From: Mobula hypostoma
Lineage: Eukaryota
Assembly: GCF_963921235.1 (NCBI RefSeq)
Contig: NC_086097.1
Span: 69,008,001-69,072,000, forward strand
Length of the DNA: 64,000 nt
Direction of reading: 5' to 3'
How positions within the stretch are numbered: position 1 is the stretch's first letter; each line of letters begins with the position of its first letter. The notes beneath the pieces are model-generated. The model worked only from the letters and a program-made list of their open reading frames with translations, ran no database searches and was not told where the DNA came from. Positions 34,912-48,419 of the stretch are shown piece by piece. Made by a program: the position numbers and the translations under genes.

Positions 34912-36132
34912 GGATACTTTATACTTTATCATCGCCAAACAATTGATACTAGAACGTACAATCATCACAGCGATATTTGATTCTGTGCTTCCCACTCCCT
35001 GGATTACAAATCAATAATAAATATTAAAAATTTAAATTATAAATCATAAATAGAAAATAGAAAAATGGAAAGTAAGGTAGCGCAAAAAAACCGAGAGGCA
35101 GGTCCAGATATTTGGAGGGTACGGCCCAGATCTGGGTCAGGATCCGTTCAGCAGTCTTATCACAGTTGGAAAGAAGCTGTTCCCAAATCTGGCCGTATGA
35201 GTCTTCAAGCTCCTGAGCCTTCTCCCAGAGGGAAGAGGGACAAAAAGTGTGTTGGCTGGGTGGGTCGTGTCCTTGATTTTCCTGGCAGCACTGCTCCGAC
35301 AGTGTGTGGTGTAAAGTGAGTCCACGGACGGAAGATTGGTTTGTGTGATGTGCTGTGCCGTTTTCACGATCTTTTGCAGCTTCTTCCGGTCTTGGACAGG
35401 ACAACTTCCATACCAGGTTGTGATGCACCCTAGAAGAATGCTTTCTACGGTACATCTATAAAAATTAGTGAGGGTTTTAGGGGACAGGCCAAATTTCTTT
35501 AGTTTTCTCAGGAAGTAAAGGCGCTGGTGGGCCTCCTTGGCAGTGGACTCTGCTTGGTTGGACCAAGTCAGGTCATTTGTGATATTGACCCTGAGGAACT
35601 TAAAGCTTTTGACCTGATCCACTTGTGCACCACCAATGTAAATTGGGTCGTGTGGTCCGCTACTCCTTCTGAAGTCAACAACCAATTCCTTCGTCTTGCT
35701 GACGTTGAGGGATAGGTTATTGTCTTCGCACCATGCCACCAGGTTCTTAATTTCCTCTCTGTACTCAAACTCATCAGTACCCGAGATATGGCCTACAATT
35801 GTTGTGTCATCAGCAAACTTATATATTGAGTTCGATGGAAATTTGGCTACGCAATCATGGGTGTACAGTGAGTGCAGCAGGGGGCTGAGTACACAGCCTT
35901 GTGGGGCACCGGTGCTCAGAGTGATTGTAGAGGAGAGCTTGTCCCCTATTTTTACAGCCTGGGTCCTGTCTGTGAGGAAGTTGAAGATCCAGCTGCAGAT
36001 TTGAGTGCTAAGGCCCAGGTTCCGGAGCTTAGGAATCAGTTTATTTGGAATGATGGTATTAAAGGCAGAACTGTAGTCAATGAAAAGGAGCCTTACGTAT
36101 GTGTCTTTATTCTCCAGGTGTTCTAAGGAGGA
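34912..36132 (-). mobile_element. Rex1/Babar-clade LINE, 5'-truncated, open RT frame
   Basis: 345-aa ORF with [42 protein letters not shown]; (AAAGTAT) tail. Confidence 0.9.
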
Positions 36133-36289
36133 ATAAGAAACAATATTGGTCAGCTGATAATAAGGGCAGGACATACACAGTGAATGAGAAGGCCATGGGG
36201 AATATTAAAGAACAAAGATGTATTTGGAGCAATCTTCCCAGAGCACCATCTAGGAAGACAGCCTCAAATCAATGATCTCCGCATTTTGA

Positions 36290-36605
36290 GCAACACAGAC
36301 CAGATGCCGGCAAAACTCAGCAGCATCAATGGAGGGAAACAAACCATCGCTGTTTCAGGACAAGACCCTTCATCGGGATTGGAAAGGAAGGGGTCAGGAG
36401 CCAGAACAAAAAGGTAGGGGGAAGGGAAGGAGCACAAACTGACAGTTGATAGGTGACTCTGCCCTTTTCCTTTCCATTCCTGATGAAGGGCTTCGGCCCA
36501 AAACATCAACTATTTGTTTCCCTCCATCAGTGCTGCCTGGTCTGATGAGTTCGTCCAGCATTTTATGTGTGGTTGTTCAAGATTTTCAGCATCTACAGAA
36601 TTTCT
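36290..36605. mobile_element. Short fold-back PLE derivative, degenerate
   Basis: Minus arm ~36290-36455 and plus arm ~36456-36605, each with a decayed hammerhead (cctgatgaagggcttcggcccaaaacatc). Confidence 0.75.
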
Positions 36606-38254
36606 CGGACCTCTGCGTTTGACTGAGATAAGATAAAGAGTACTCGGGGAGATATTAACATTTCAAATATGTTAACAAAGCAGAAATCTCCATTTCTCTC
36701 AAGTCCCAGCAAATCTAATGGCTGCCAGGAGGAGCAAGGGTCCATCCTCCTAACAATGAAGGTTCATGCACCATCCATCTCCGACCCACTATAAAAAGCA
36801 TCAACCTCCCATCACCCATCAGGTCAGTGACTGGAACCACCTCCACACTAATTACTGACTGCCTTTGCAATGACTTAGACCTGACCCAGTGGAAGCCAAG
36901 TCTGCCAAGCAAGGATGATCCATCAGGCCCAAACTGGTGTGTATCATGCATCGAAAACACCACAATATGACAGGAAGATTACAAAATGTGGCCTTTCAAC
37001 TTGAAATTCAACTCTCCCTATATAATCAACCAATATTATTCAAAACCAAGCCCATTTGCATTGCAGGGCAGAGATTATCTTCTCCTGTCAGTGCTGATGA
37101 TGAACATTTACAGGGCATTTAATGTTCAAAGATAAATATATCTTCTTGTTTCCATGCTATTCCCATAATGTAACGCATTTGAACCACAGTGAAAATGGTG
37201 TCCATATTAAACTTAAGATTAATACAGTTGGTTATGTGGTAAGTATAATTTATGCAAAGCATAATTTTGCATTTCTGATACATGTGGCCAGGCTTCAGGA
37301 ACAGTTTACTATACTGAATTATACCAGCTAATCTCCAAGAGCACTGTCCTGTCAACAAGAGTAGAGGTTGGACTAGCTTGGTCAAGTCAGGAGTCAATGA
37401 CATTATTAGTCTGTAACAGAAGGATAAATTAAGGGCTGTCAGACAGCAACAGGAATCACAAAGCTATTCAATCCAGATATAGAAGAAACAATCTAAAGTT
37501 GAAAACAGCTTTTGGATAAGAAGCCAAATGACAAAGGATCACAGGAAGTTCTCTTTTTTTTTACCAGAAATGGCACCTGCCGTCCAACAAAATAAAACAC
37601 ATGATGATGAATTTGATCAAAGAGCAAGGAATGATTCACATTCCTGAAGAAAATTAACTCAGAACATCATACAGAACTCTGAAAATAATCAATGAACTAT
37701 TGAACAAACCTTCAAAGTCCAGGAACAACACTGGATAACCTTCAATAAATGAGCAATAAGAGATTTCCATTCATTATCCTAATTGCCATCTTACTCGGCA
37801 TTGTGTTCTGACACAGTCATTCTTGCAAATAGTTACTGAGTAGTGTTTCATGTTTGATGTGTGAAGTTTCTGCACAGTTTTCAAAACAGTCTTCACGCAA
37901 AGTGAACAGATGGTAGAACAAAATAGGCTCATAACGTAACGACACATTACTCATTAGAATAAAACACTTCGTTTAGTTGTAAAAATATTTTCACTCTTAT
38001 GGGTTTGCTTATATTTTGTAACCTGTTGAGAAAAGCCAGCCATTGATAGTTTGTTTCAAGTCACTTATTCATAAAGAAGGTAAATCCAGTTGAATTGACT
38101 GTGTTTAGTTCATACATTCATTGGTAAGCTGTGATATTTCGGCTATTGGCTATTCTATCAAAGTGTCATTTTTGGACCATTTTGAACCACACTTTATCAA
38201 AATATTTTTTTCTGAAATCAAAAACCAAGTAGACGACAAAAAAAGGAAGACATG

Positions 38255-38680
38255 AATTCACATAGCATCTTTCACAGCCTTGTCAGGATCCCAAAGGATT
38301 TTACAGTAATTAAAATACTTTTTGAAGATCTGGCACAAAGTTCATATAGTCAATATGGTAACATCTACATCGTAAACCCTCACAAACAGCAATATGCTAA
38401 TCTGTTTGATTGGAAAAATTAAACGGAACATTTTGTCATTTTCACTTTGGATAAACACTACACGAGAGATAGTTCTCCCAAAGATTCCAAGAGCATATTT
38501 TATGTCTACCTCAATGAACAGCAAGGGCTTTGGCTAGTCTCATCCAAAAGGTAGTATCTTGCTTCCTCAGTACCGCAGCAGGAAGGTCATCCTTAGTCAA
38601 TATACACCATTTCTGGAATGAGATTTGAATCTAAATCCTATAACCTATAGGCAAGAATACTTCCTCTGAGACTCACAGTT
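38255..38680 (-). mobile_element. Degenerate DeuSINE (SacSINE1-like)
   Basis: Reverse Deu-domain-like sequence (gtctcatccaaaagg...cctcagtacc) and B-box-like gagatttgaatc. Confidence 0.55.
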
Positions 38681-39627
38681 TCAAACTTCACTGTAAATCA
38701 GATAACAAAAACTTATTTTCTTTATAAGGGATAATGATTATTTTTATACAGCTCTAATGTTTCATACCTGATATCAAATCGATCTGGGCTTCTGCAATAC
38801 CTTGAGTAATTTAGAATTCCAGTTGTATACTGGTGCTGTGCTTTAAAATGGCCTCCTTTCACAAGGCTGTATTATTTTCTGTTTACAATGACTTAAGCAT
38901 CTTGACCATTTTTGAGATTTCATATTCACAGAAAATATATGAATGCATAAAATTGCAGAATTTTATGGGGCATCCATTATATTTCTGTACATAACTACAA
39001 GACCAAAATGCATATAATTCTGTGGTTGCAGATCATAATGTTCTGATTAAGTTATTCAACATGACTTCTTATTGTAGCGCTATGTAATAATAATCCAGTA
39101 TTCACATTAACTCAACAAGCTATTTAGAGCAGGCATAATAGAAAAATGTTCTTAAATGGAACTTCATGTCATAATTAACCAAATTTATGCATTGATTGCT
39201 AAGGTAACAAGAATACCCTGACTGCTATGGTGTAATATTTATAATTAAAATAATAATAGAAATACTGGAAATATTCTGTAGGTCAAGTAGCATATTCGAG
39301 ACAGAAACATAATTAAAGATTCAGGTCAATAACCTCCTATCAGAATTAGGAAAAACCTATAAATTTAAACATTTCTTATTTTGTAGAAAGGGAGACTGAA
39401 TAACCCAAAAAGGTAGTGGTACCAAGTGAAAGAGCAAATGAACAAACCAGAGGAGCTAAAAACAGAAAATGAACAGAGAAAGTAAAATACCAATGCTAAA
39501 ACTATGAAATATATGAGAGGCAATGCTGGAAATATCCATTATTCCAGGCATCATCCATGGAGAGAAAAAACTGTTAACATTACAGATTAACAACTTTCAT
39601 AAGAATTGGCCAGTTTCATGCAAGGTC

Positions 39628-40646
39628 TTTACTTGGACTTTCTGACTAACAGACCCCAATCAGTTAAGTTTGACAACCTCTCCTCCTCCACTCTCACCCT
39701 GAACACGAACATGCCTCAAGGCTGTGTGCTGAGCCCTCTTCTGTACTCCCTTTTCACCTATGACTGCATTCCTATACATGGTTCTCACTCCATAGCCAAG
39801 TTCGCAGACGACACCACGGTGGTTGGCCTGATCAGAGGGGATGACAAGATGGCCTACAGGGACAAGGTCCAGCACCTGGCCGCGTGGTGTGTCGACAACA
39901 ACCTGGCCCTTAACACCTAGAAGAGCAAGGAGATCATTGTGGACTTCAGGCATGCTAGGAGCCACACTCACATCCCCATCTACATCAACGGAGCTGATGT
40001 GAAGCGTGTATCAAGCTTCAAATTCCTTGGTGTCCACATTTCCAAGGATTTCACCTGGTCCCTGAACTCCTCTATCCCGATCAAAAAGGCGCAATAGTGC
40101 CTTTATTTCCTGTGGAGCATCAAGAAAGCTCACCTCTGTCCCAGAATACTGAAGGACTTTTACCGCATACTCACCAACTGCATCTCAGTGTGGTATGGCA
40201 ATTGTCCCGTATCGGACCGCAAAGCACTCCAGCGTGTGATGAAAACTGCACAGCGGATTATCGGCACCCAATTGCCCACCATTGAGAACATCTACCATAA
40301 ACGCTGCCTGGGCAGGGCGAAAAGCATTATCAAGGATGCATCTCGCCCTAACCATGGACTTTTTACTCTCCTCCCATCCGGTAGGTGCAACAGCAGCCTC
40401 CGCTCCCGCACCGGCAGGCACAGGAAGAGCTTCTTCCCTGAGGCTGTGACCCCGCTTAACCTCACATCACAGCGCTAAGCAGTATTGCACCCATATTGTA
40501 CTTTTATATTTGTGTGCTGTAGCACTTTTTATTCGCAGTTATTTTGTAAGTTACACTATTCTTTGCATTTCTGGTCAGATGCTAACTGCATTTCATTGGC
40601 TTTGCAGCTGTACTCAGCACAATGACAATAAAGTTGAATCTAATCT
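39628..40646 (+). mobile_element. Rex1-type LINE fragment with stops
   Basis: LDFLTNRPQSV...[13 protein letters not shown]...KFADD; aataaagttgaatctaatct tail. Confidence 0.85.
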
Positions 40647-40819
40647 GTTTGTAATTGCTGAGTTCACTGTTGACTCTGAAGGGCTGTAGTGTGCCACGTT
40701 TCTCCAACTCCATTGATTCACAGTTCACACTAATGTTTCTCAGATGTCTTTGGTCTTTCTTAACGATAGTAACTCCTCCACTGTATTTGGTAGTGTTCAC
40801 AACTGCATTACTGACTCAA

Positions 40820-43110
40820 ACAGTAGAATTAGGCCCTTTGGCCCATCTAGACCATGCAGAACTTATTCTGCTTAGTCCCATGGGCCTGCATCTGGACTGT
40901 AACCCTGCATACCTCTCCCATCCATGTACTGATCCAAACTTCTCTTAAAAGTTGTCATCGAGCCCACATCCACCACTTGAGCTAGCAGCTTGTTCCACAC
41001 TCACACCATCCTCTGAGTAAAGAAGTTCCCCCTCAGGTTCCCCTTAAATATTTTACCTTCCACGCTTAGCCCATGACGTCTAGTTCTAGTCTCACCCAAC
41101 TTCAGTGGAATAAACCTGATTGCATTTACTCTATCTCCGCCCCTCATAACTTTGTATACTTCTATTCAATCTCCCCTTATTCTCCTGCGCTTCCAGGAAA
41201 TAAGTCCTAACCCATTCAAGCTTTCCCTATAACGCAGATCCTCAAGTCCCAGCAACACCCCGGTAAAGATATCAATCACATTGATATCTTTCCTGCAGGT
41301 AGATGACCAGAATTGCACAGAATACTCAGCAATCTTATACAATTTTGACATAACATTGCAACTCCTGTATTCATTACTCTGTATCTGAGGGCCAATGTGT
41401 TCTTTATGGTGCTATCTACGTGTAACGCCACTTTCAAGGAATTATGGACCTGTATTCCCACATCCCTCTGTTCTACCACACGCCTCAGTGCTCTACCACT
41501 CACCATGCAAATCCTACCCTGGTTTGAACTCCCAAAGTGCAACGCCTCACATTAGTTTCCAACCGCCATTTTTCCATTTGGTCTAATCAGCTCCAAACTT
41601 TCCTCACTGTCCAGTATGCCACCAGTCGTGGTGTCATCTGGAAATTTGCTGATCCAGTCTACCACATCATCATCCTGATCGTAGATATAGATAACAAACA
41701 ACAACAGACCCAGCACTAATTCCTATGGCACACCACTGGTTACAAGCCTCTAGAGAGACAACCATTTACTATCACCCGCTGGCTTCTCCTGCTAAGCCAA
41801 TATTTAATCTAATTTACTACTTATCCTGAATGCCAATCGACTAAACCTTCAGGACCAGTCTCCCTTACAGGATTTTGTCAAAGGTCTTGCTAAAATCCAA
41901 GTAGATAATATCCACTGCACTTCCTTCATCAACTTTCCTGGTACCCTCCAACGAAGAACTCTATTAGATTGGCTAGACATGACTTACAGTGCACAAAGCC
42001 ATATTGACTATCCCTAACCAGGTCCTGTCTATCCAAATACTTATATATACTGTTCCTTAGAATATCTTCCAATAATTTACCCCTTACCGGTCTCAAATTT
42101 CCCAGTTTACTCTTAGAGCCTTTCTTGAACAACGGAACAGCATTAGCTATCTTCCAATACCTCACCCACGGCTAAATACATTTGCCAGGGCCCCTACAAT
42201 TTCTGCACTAGCCTCCCATAAGGTTCGAGGGTATACCTTGTCTGGTCCTGGGGTCTTATCCACCCTGATTTTGCTTCAGACTTATGAACTATGTGTCCAT
42301 CTCCCAAGTATTTACAGATGCAAAAAAATCATTGAAGATCTCCCACATCTTTTTCTGCTCCATTCATAGATGACAACTCTGATCTTCAAGTGGACTAATT
42401 TTGTCACTTGTTATCCTCTTGCTCTTCCTATATCTATAGGAGCTCTTGGGATTCTCCTTTGCCTTGTCTGCCAGAGCAACCTCATGCCTGCTTTTAGTCC
42501 TCCTGATTTCCCTTTTAAGTGTTCTCCTGCTTTCCTTATGCTCCTCAAGCTCCTCATTTATTCCTTGCTGCCGAGACCCGCTATGATCTTCTACTTCCTC
42601 TTCTTCTTAATCAGGGCCTCAATATCCTTCAAAAAATCAAGTTTCCTAAATGTGCTGGGCTTGTCTTTTACTCTAATAGGAACATACAAACTCTATTCTC
42701 ATTATTTTACTTTTGACCAAAATTTACCAACTTTGACCCCCATTTACCAAAGATCTCTAGATATCCCAATCTACACTTGCTGGATTTTTCTGATGCCATC
42801 AAAGTTCATTTTTCTCCACCTTAGAGTCTCAACCCAAGAACCAGTCCTATCCTTTTCCATGATTATTTGAAACTAACGGAATTAAGATTGTAAGATCTGA
42901 AGTAGTCCCCTTAACAGAGTCCTGTCACTTTCCCTGTATATTTCCCTCACAGGAGATCCAGTATTGCATACTCTCTAGTTGGGACCTCTATGTATTCATT
43001 AAGGAAACTTTCCTGAACACATTTGACAAACTTTATCCCATCCAGTTCATTTACAGTATGGGAGTCCCAGTCAATATGTGGAATGTTACAAATACCTACT
43101 ATCACAGCAT
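40820..43110 (-). mobile_element. Degenerate CR1 LINE
   Basis: Minus fragments WKIANAVPLFKKG, HFGSSNQGR, EYSVQFWS. Confidence 0.85.
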
Positions 43111-43189
43111 TAAGTTCAGTTTCAATTCTATAGCAACATTAAGTTTAGTTCCAATTCTGCCACTTCTACTCTCTCTATCTATCGACCAA

Positions 43190-44410
43190 GTCATGGCAAG
43201 GCTAGGTTCCCCCAACCTCACTATGACCTGACCAATTTCCTAATTTCTTTGAAATTCCCCTCCCTTTTCCAGCACACTGGAAAAAGACATTCCCTCTGCA
43301 ACTCTGTGGTTAACTCTTCCATCTCCTCGGATTTCTCCCCTTCTCATTGCACCTTCCTTCCTATACAACCATACAACATACAGCAGCTGTTATTTTATAG
43401 CTTCCTTTCAGGACTCAGCTATTCCAGGCTAAGCTGTAACTAACTTATACTTCCAATTATTATACTGTATCCAGTGATCCTGACATTGTCTCTTCTGGAT
43501 TAAGAAAACCAAGTCATTCATGAGTACAAGAGTTGGGATAGTTTGTTATAACTGTGCAAACCGATGGCAATATCACATTTGGAGTATTGTGTGCAGTTCT
43601 AGTCACTAAACTACAAAAAGGGGATTATTAAGCTAAAGGGGGGCAGGAAAGATTCACAAGGATGTTACTGGGATTAGGAGCTTTTGTTATAAGGAGAGAA
43701 TGGATATGCTGAGACTCTTTCTCTCAGCAAAAGGAAGCTGAATGGTGACCTTATAAACGTTTACAAAATCATGAGAAGCTTCAATAAGGTGGGTGGTCAC
43801 AGTCTTTTACCCAGGATAGGGGAGTCTAAAATTCGAGGCCTACGTTTAAGGTGGGAGCTGCAAGCTGCCAGATGAAGTGAGAAAGATGGATAAAGTTACA
43901 ATATTTAAAGGATATTTGGACAGGTAAATGGATAGGGAAGGTATGGAGGGATATGGGCCAAAGTCAGCCAAATTGGACTAGCTCCGAGAGGCACCATGAA
44001 CGAGGTAGGTTGAAGGGCCTTTCTCCGTGCTCTGTAACTCCGTGAATCTAAATAAATGTTGGGCGATCACTTTACAGAATGTCTCCCTTCAGTCTGCAAT
44101 TCAGAATGCAGGATGCCTTCACTTTCTGTTGTCTCTCACATTAATTCTCTATTCCACCCCCATCTGCACCTCCCTGCCATGGACCTCTTGCACAGTGTCA
44201 ATGAAAGCTCAAAAAAAGAGCCTTTCATCTTTCAACCAGTCAAAGTAAAGCCCTCAGGATTCAATACGGACATGATCAATTTCAGAAAACAAACCTTTCC
44301 TCTTTGTTTCAGTACAGGCCACCAATCCACCTTAGCTCAATTCTTCCCTCTTCACAGATGCTACTTGCCCTGTTGGGCATTTCTAACATTTTCTCAGATT
44401 TCCAGTTGCT
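43190..44410 (+). mobile_element. Old PLE split by a CR1 3' fragment (43515-44050, plus strand)
   Basis: PLE-like sequence ends near gaaaaccaag (~43514) and resumes MLGDHFTECL...PSGFNTDMINF at 44056; the insert carries ttggagtattgtgtgcagttc and a CR1 3' end. Confidence 0.65.
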
Positions 44411-44889
44411 GAAGACTGAGCAACAGCTTCTATCCCAGAGCTGTGGCCTCCATCACACCACTCCCACAGAACAATGGCTGAAACTGTGAGCACACACATG
44501 CAGACACAAGGACTCAAATACTTGCACTAATGGCACTTTGTGCATCACTGTGATATTCTGGTGCTGCTGCAACTTATTTTCTGCTACTATCTATTTAATA
44601 CTGTTTTTCTATTACTGTCTTGTTTTTATTTAATTGCCTGAGAGGAAGCCAAACAGAGTTCATTGTACCTATGTATAATGACAATAAAGATCATTCATTC
44701 ATTCAGTATTCTGCACTTCACAGGTCCAGTATAGGTCTTTTTCTCCCCTTTGTGTTTACTCATTTCCTATTGACATTTCTTCCAGACAATCATTGCAATT
44801 AACAAGTCTTCATCATCTCCTCAATAATGGCATCATCACATTATTGCTCATTCAACCTGTTTTGGCTTCCACAATATCAGAGACAATCT

Positions 44890-46087
44890 CTTGCCACACC
44901 CATGCTAATCTCTTCAATTTCATCAATTTTACCTCCAACTTCCACTCTGCCTTCAAATTTACTTGCTCCATCGCTGACACCTCTGCCCCCTTTCTCAATC
45001 ACTCTGTCTTTGGAGAAAGCCTGACATCTTTTACAAACCTACTGTCTCTCACAGCTTTCTTGACTGTATCTCTTCCCAACCTGTCGCTTGTAAAAGTGCT
45101 TTTTCCTTCTCTCAGCTCCTCTCCACAAGCCTCCAGTCCAGCACATCATTCCACCATCTCAAACAGGATCCTACCAAGATCATCTTTTTTTCTGCTGCCC
45201 TACCCCTCCACTTTCTATACAGATCACTCTCTATGTGACTCCCTTGAGTACTCATCCCTCCCCATTGACCTCCCTACTGGCACTTATCCCTGCAAGCATG
45301 ACAAGTGTAACACCTGCTCCAACACCTCCTCCCTCACTCACCACAATTCCTGGCGCCAAACAGTCCTTCCAGGTGAAGCAACACTTCGCCTACAAGTCTC
45401 TCAGGATCATCTATTGTATCTGATCTCCCAGTGTGGCCTTCTCTTTATAGGTGAGAAGCAGCACACATTGGAGTTGGGCTCGTCAAGCACCTTCACTCTG
45501 TCGCAAAATGCAGAATCTGCCCTTGGCTACCCATTTTCAATTTGACTTCTCATTCCCATTCTGACATGTCTGTCTATGGTCTCCTCTACTATCACGATGA
45601 GTCCAAGCTCAGGTTGGAGGAATAATACCTCATTTTCCATTTGGGTACTCTTCTCTTTTTTTTCCATTCCCCATTCTGGTTATCGCCTGTCCTCTTCTCT
45701 CCTCTTTGGCTGCCCATCACCTCCCTCTGGTTCCTTTCCTCCTTCCTTTTTTTCCATGATCCATTGTCCTCTCCTATTTGAAGTGTGCTTCTTCAGCCCT
45801 TTACCTTTTCCACCTGTCACCTCCCAGATGCTTTATCACTCCCTCCCTCAGCCATTCACTTTCCCCCTCACCTGGTCTCACCAATTACCTGTCAGTCTGT
45901 ACTCCATCCCCTCCACCATCTTCTCATTCTGGCTTCTGCTCCGTTCCTTTCCTGTTCTGACGAAGGGTCTCAGCCCAGAACATAGGCTCTCTTTCCACCT
46001 ATATAGATGCTGCCAGACTTGCTGAGGTCCTCCAGCATTTTGTGTGCTCTGTTCAAAATTTCCAGCATCTGCAGAATCTTGTGTTTA
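44890..46087 (+). mobile_element. Degenerate Neptune-type PLE
   Basis: NFINFTSNFHSAFKFT; GTYPCKHDKCNTC; 3' end with ctgacgaagggtctcagccc and ccagcatctgcaga. Confidence 0.8.
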
Positions 46088-46282
46088 CTCTTTGTTCTCT
46101 TCGCCTCTTCCATGACTTAATGAGGTAAAGTACAAGAACAAGAGCCTATTCATTGAAATCAATCCTGTGCTAGAAGCAGCACTTGGGTTGCCAAATGATT
46201 TAAGATATTGCTGGAGGTTTCATCTTAAAACTTGCACCATTCCAAACCCTCAACTCAGTGAAACTGTCTACTTCCTATCTTA

Positions 46283-47560
46283 GACCATAAGACCATAAGA
46301 TATAGGGGCAGAATTAGGCAATTTGGCCCATCAAATCTGCTCTGCTATTGGCTGATACATTTTTCTTCTGAGCCCCAGTCTCCTGCATTCTCCCTGTATC
46401 CCTTCATGCCCTGACCAATCAAGAATCTGTCAACCTTTGTCTTAAATATACCCAGTGACATGGCCTCCAAAACCACCTATGGCAATGAATTTCACAGATT
46501 CACTGCTCTCTGGCTAAAGAAACTCCTCCCTATTTCTCTATTCTGAGGCGGTGTTTTCTGATCTTGGACTCCCCCACCATAGGAAACAATCATTCTATTG
46601 ACGCATTTCAACATTCGAAAGGTTTCAATGAGGTCAGCCCTCATTCTTCTGAATTCCAGTGAGCAGAGGCCCAGTGCCATCAAACACTCCTCATATGACA
46701 AGCTGTTCAATCCCGGAATCATTTTCATAAACCTCCTTTGAGCATTCTCCAACATCAGCAGTTTTAGGCCTCTTATCTTTCTTAGGTAAGGGGCCTAAAA
46801 CTGCTCAAAATACTCCAAGTGAAGCCTCGCCAGTGCTTTGTAAAATCTGAACATTACATCCTTGCTTTTATATTCTAGTTCTCTCAAAATGAGTACGAGC
46901 ATTGCATTTGCCTTCCTCACCACTGACTCAACCTGCAAATTAATCTTTACAGAATCCTGCATGAGGACTCCCAAGTCCCTTTGCATCTCAGATTTTGCAT
47001 CTCAACGTGCATGACCAGACACTTCCTGACACTGTATTCCATTTGCCACTTCTTTTGCCCATTCTCCTAATCTGTCTAAGTAACTACCTGCTACTCCACA
47101 GATCTTCAAATCATCTGCAAGCTTGGCTGAAAAGCCATCAATTCCATCATCCAAATCACTGACATGTAACATAAAAAGAAGCAATCCCAACACAAACCCC
47201 TGTGGACACCACTAGTCACTGGAGCCAACCAGAAAAGGCTCCTTTTATTCCCACTCTTTGCCTCCTGCCAATCAGCCACCGCTTTATCCATGCCAGTATT
47301 GTCCCTGTAGTACCATGGGCTCTTAACTTGTGAAGCAGCCTCATGTGTGTGGCACCTTGTCAAAGACCTTCTGAAAATCCAATTCTCCACACCTGCCGAT
47401 TCTCCTTTGTCTACCCTGCATGTTACTTCTTTAAAGACTTCCAACAGATTTGTCAGGTAAGATTTTTCCTTAAGGAAACCATGCTGACGACAGCATATTT
47501 TGACAAGTGCTTCCAACTACCCTGAAATCACATCCTTAACCTTCGACTCCAACATCTTCT
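46283..47560 (-). mobile_element. Degenerate CR1 3' fragment
   Basis: Minus QHGFLKEKSYLTNLLE, KLADD, ARLHLEYFEQF; (gaccataa) tail. Confidence 0.85.
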
Positions 47561-48419
47561 ATCACTTCTACAGCTAATTAAAATTTATTCAATACAAATG
47601 AAAAAGATATCCTTGCACAACATTTTAGCTTTTCTTCTTAGTTGATCGCAGCAGAATCCAAGATAGTCCTTGGCATTCTACAGATCAAAGTGAGAGAGCA
47701 AGCAGAAGGCTCAAGTGTAGAGCCGTATCATAGAGCATATAGAGCATAACAGGACTTATGACGCCGGCAGAAAAGAAGCCACTGCAGTGCAGGTGAGTGG
47801 GACCAGTATAGATGGGTACCTGATGGTCAATATACTGAAGTGTCTCTTTCTGTGCTGTGTGACTCCAGGACATTTGCACTGGTCCGAAGTGTGGGAGCTT
47901 GTTTTACTATCTGAAAGCCTATACATCAAATAGGCTCCAATTATCAAAATTATTTTCTTCCAATGTTCTTGAGAAAATATTCATAATTAATGCAAAGCTT
48001 TTATAATGTAACAGTGTGCATTTGCTGATGGAGCAAATATTCTTGTTTCTTTTCAGACGATACTAGGAATATATTATTAATGCACATTACAAATTGGTTA
48101 ATGACCAGACTGAAATGAACATCTAACTAGCTGAAAGTGAACAGAAAGGTTAGGGATAAAGGTCAGGATTGCTGGCTGTAGTTGTTATTATACAAACTGC
48201 TAAATAGCACACTGGTGTGAACCCTCAGTGGCATAAGAATGGCCTTACATGTGGTGCACATCATGATCAAATATCTGCCGATGCCAGCTCATCTACATTT
48301 ACATTTGATGTCACCATTAGTTTCTGGTACTTGTGTCCAGGGAACGTGATAATCTTTAGGAGAAATTATTGGCAATAGGTTCTAAAAGCTAATTACTCTT
48401 AATTATTCTTAATTTAAAA

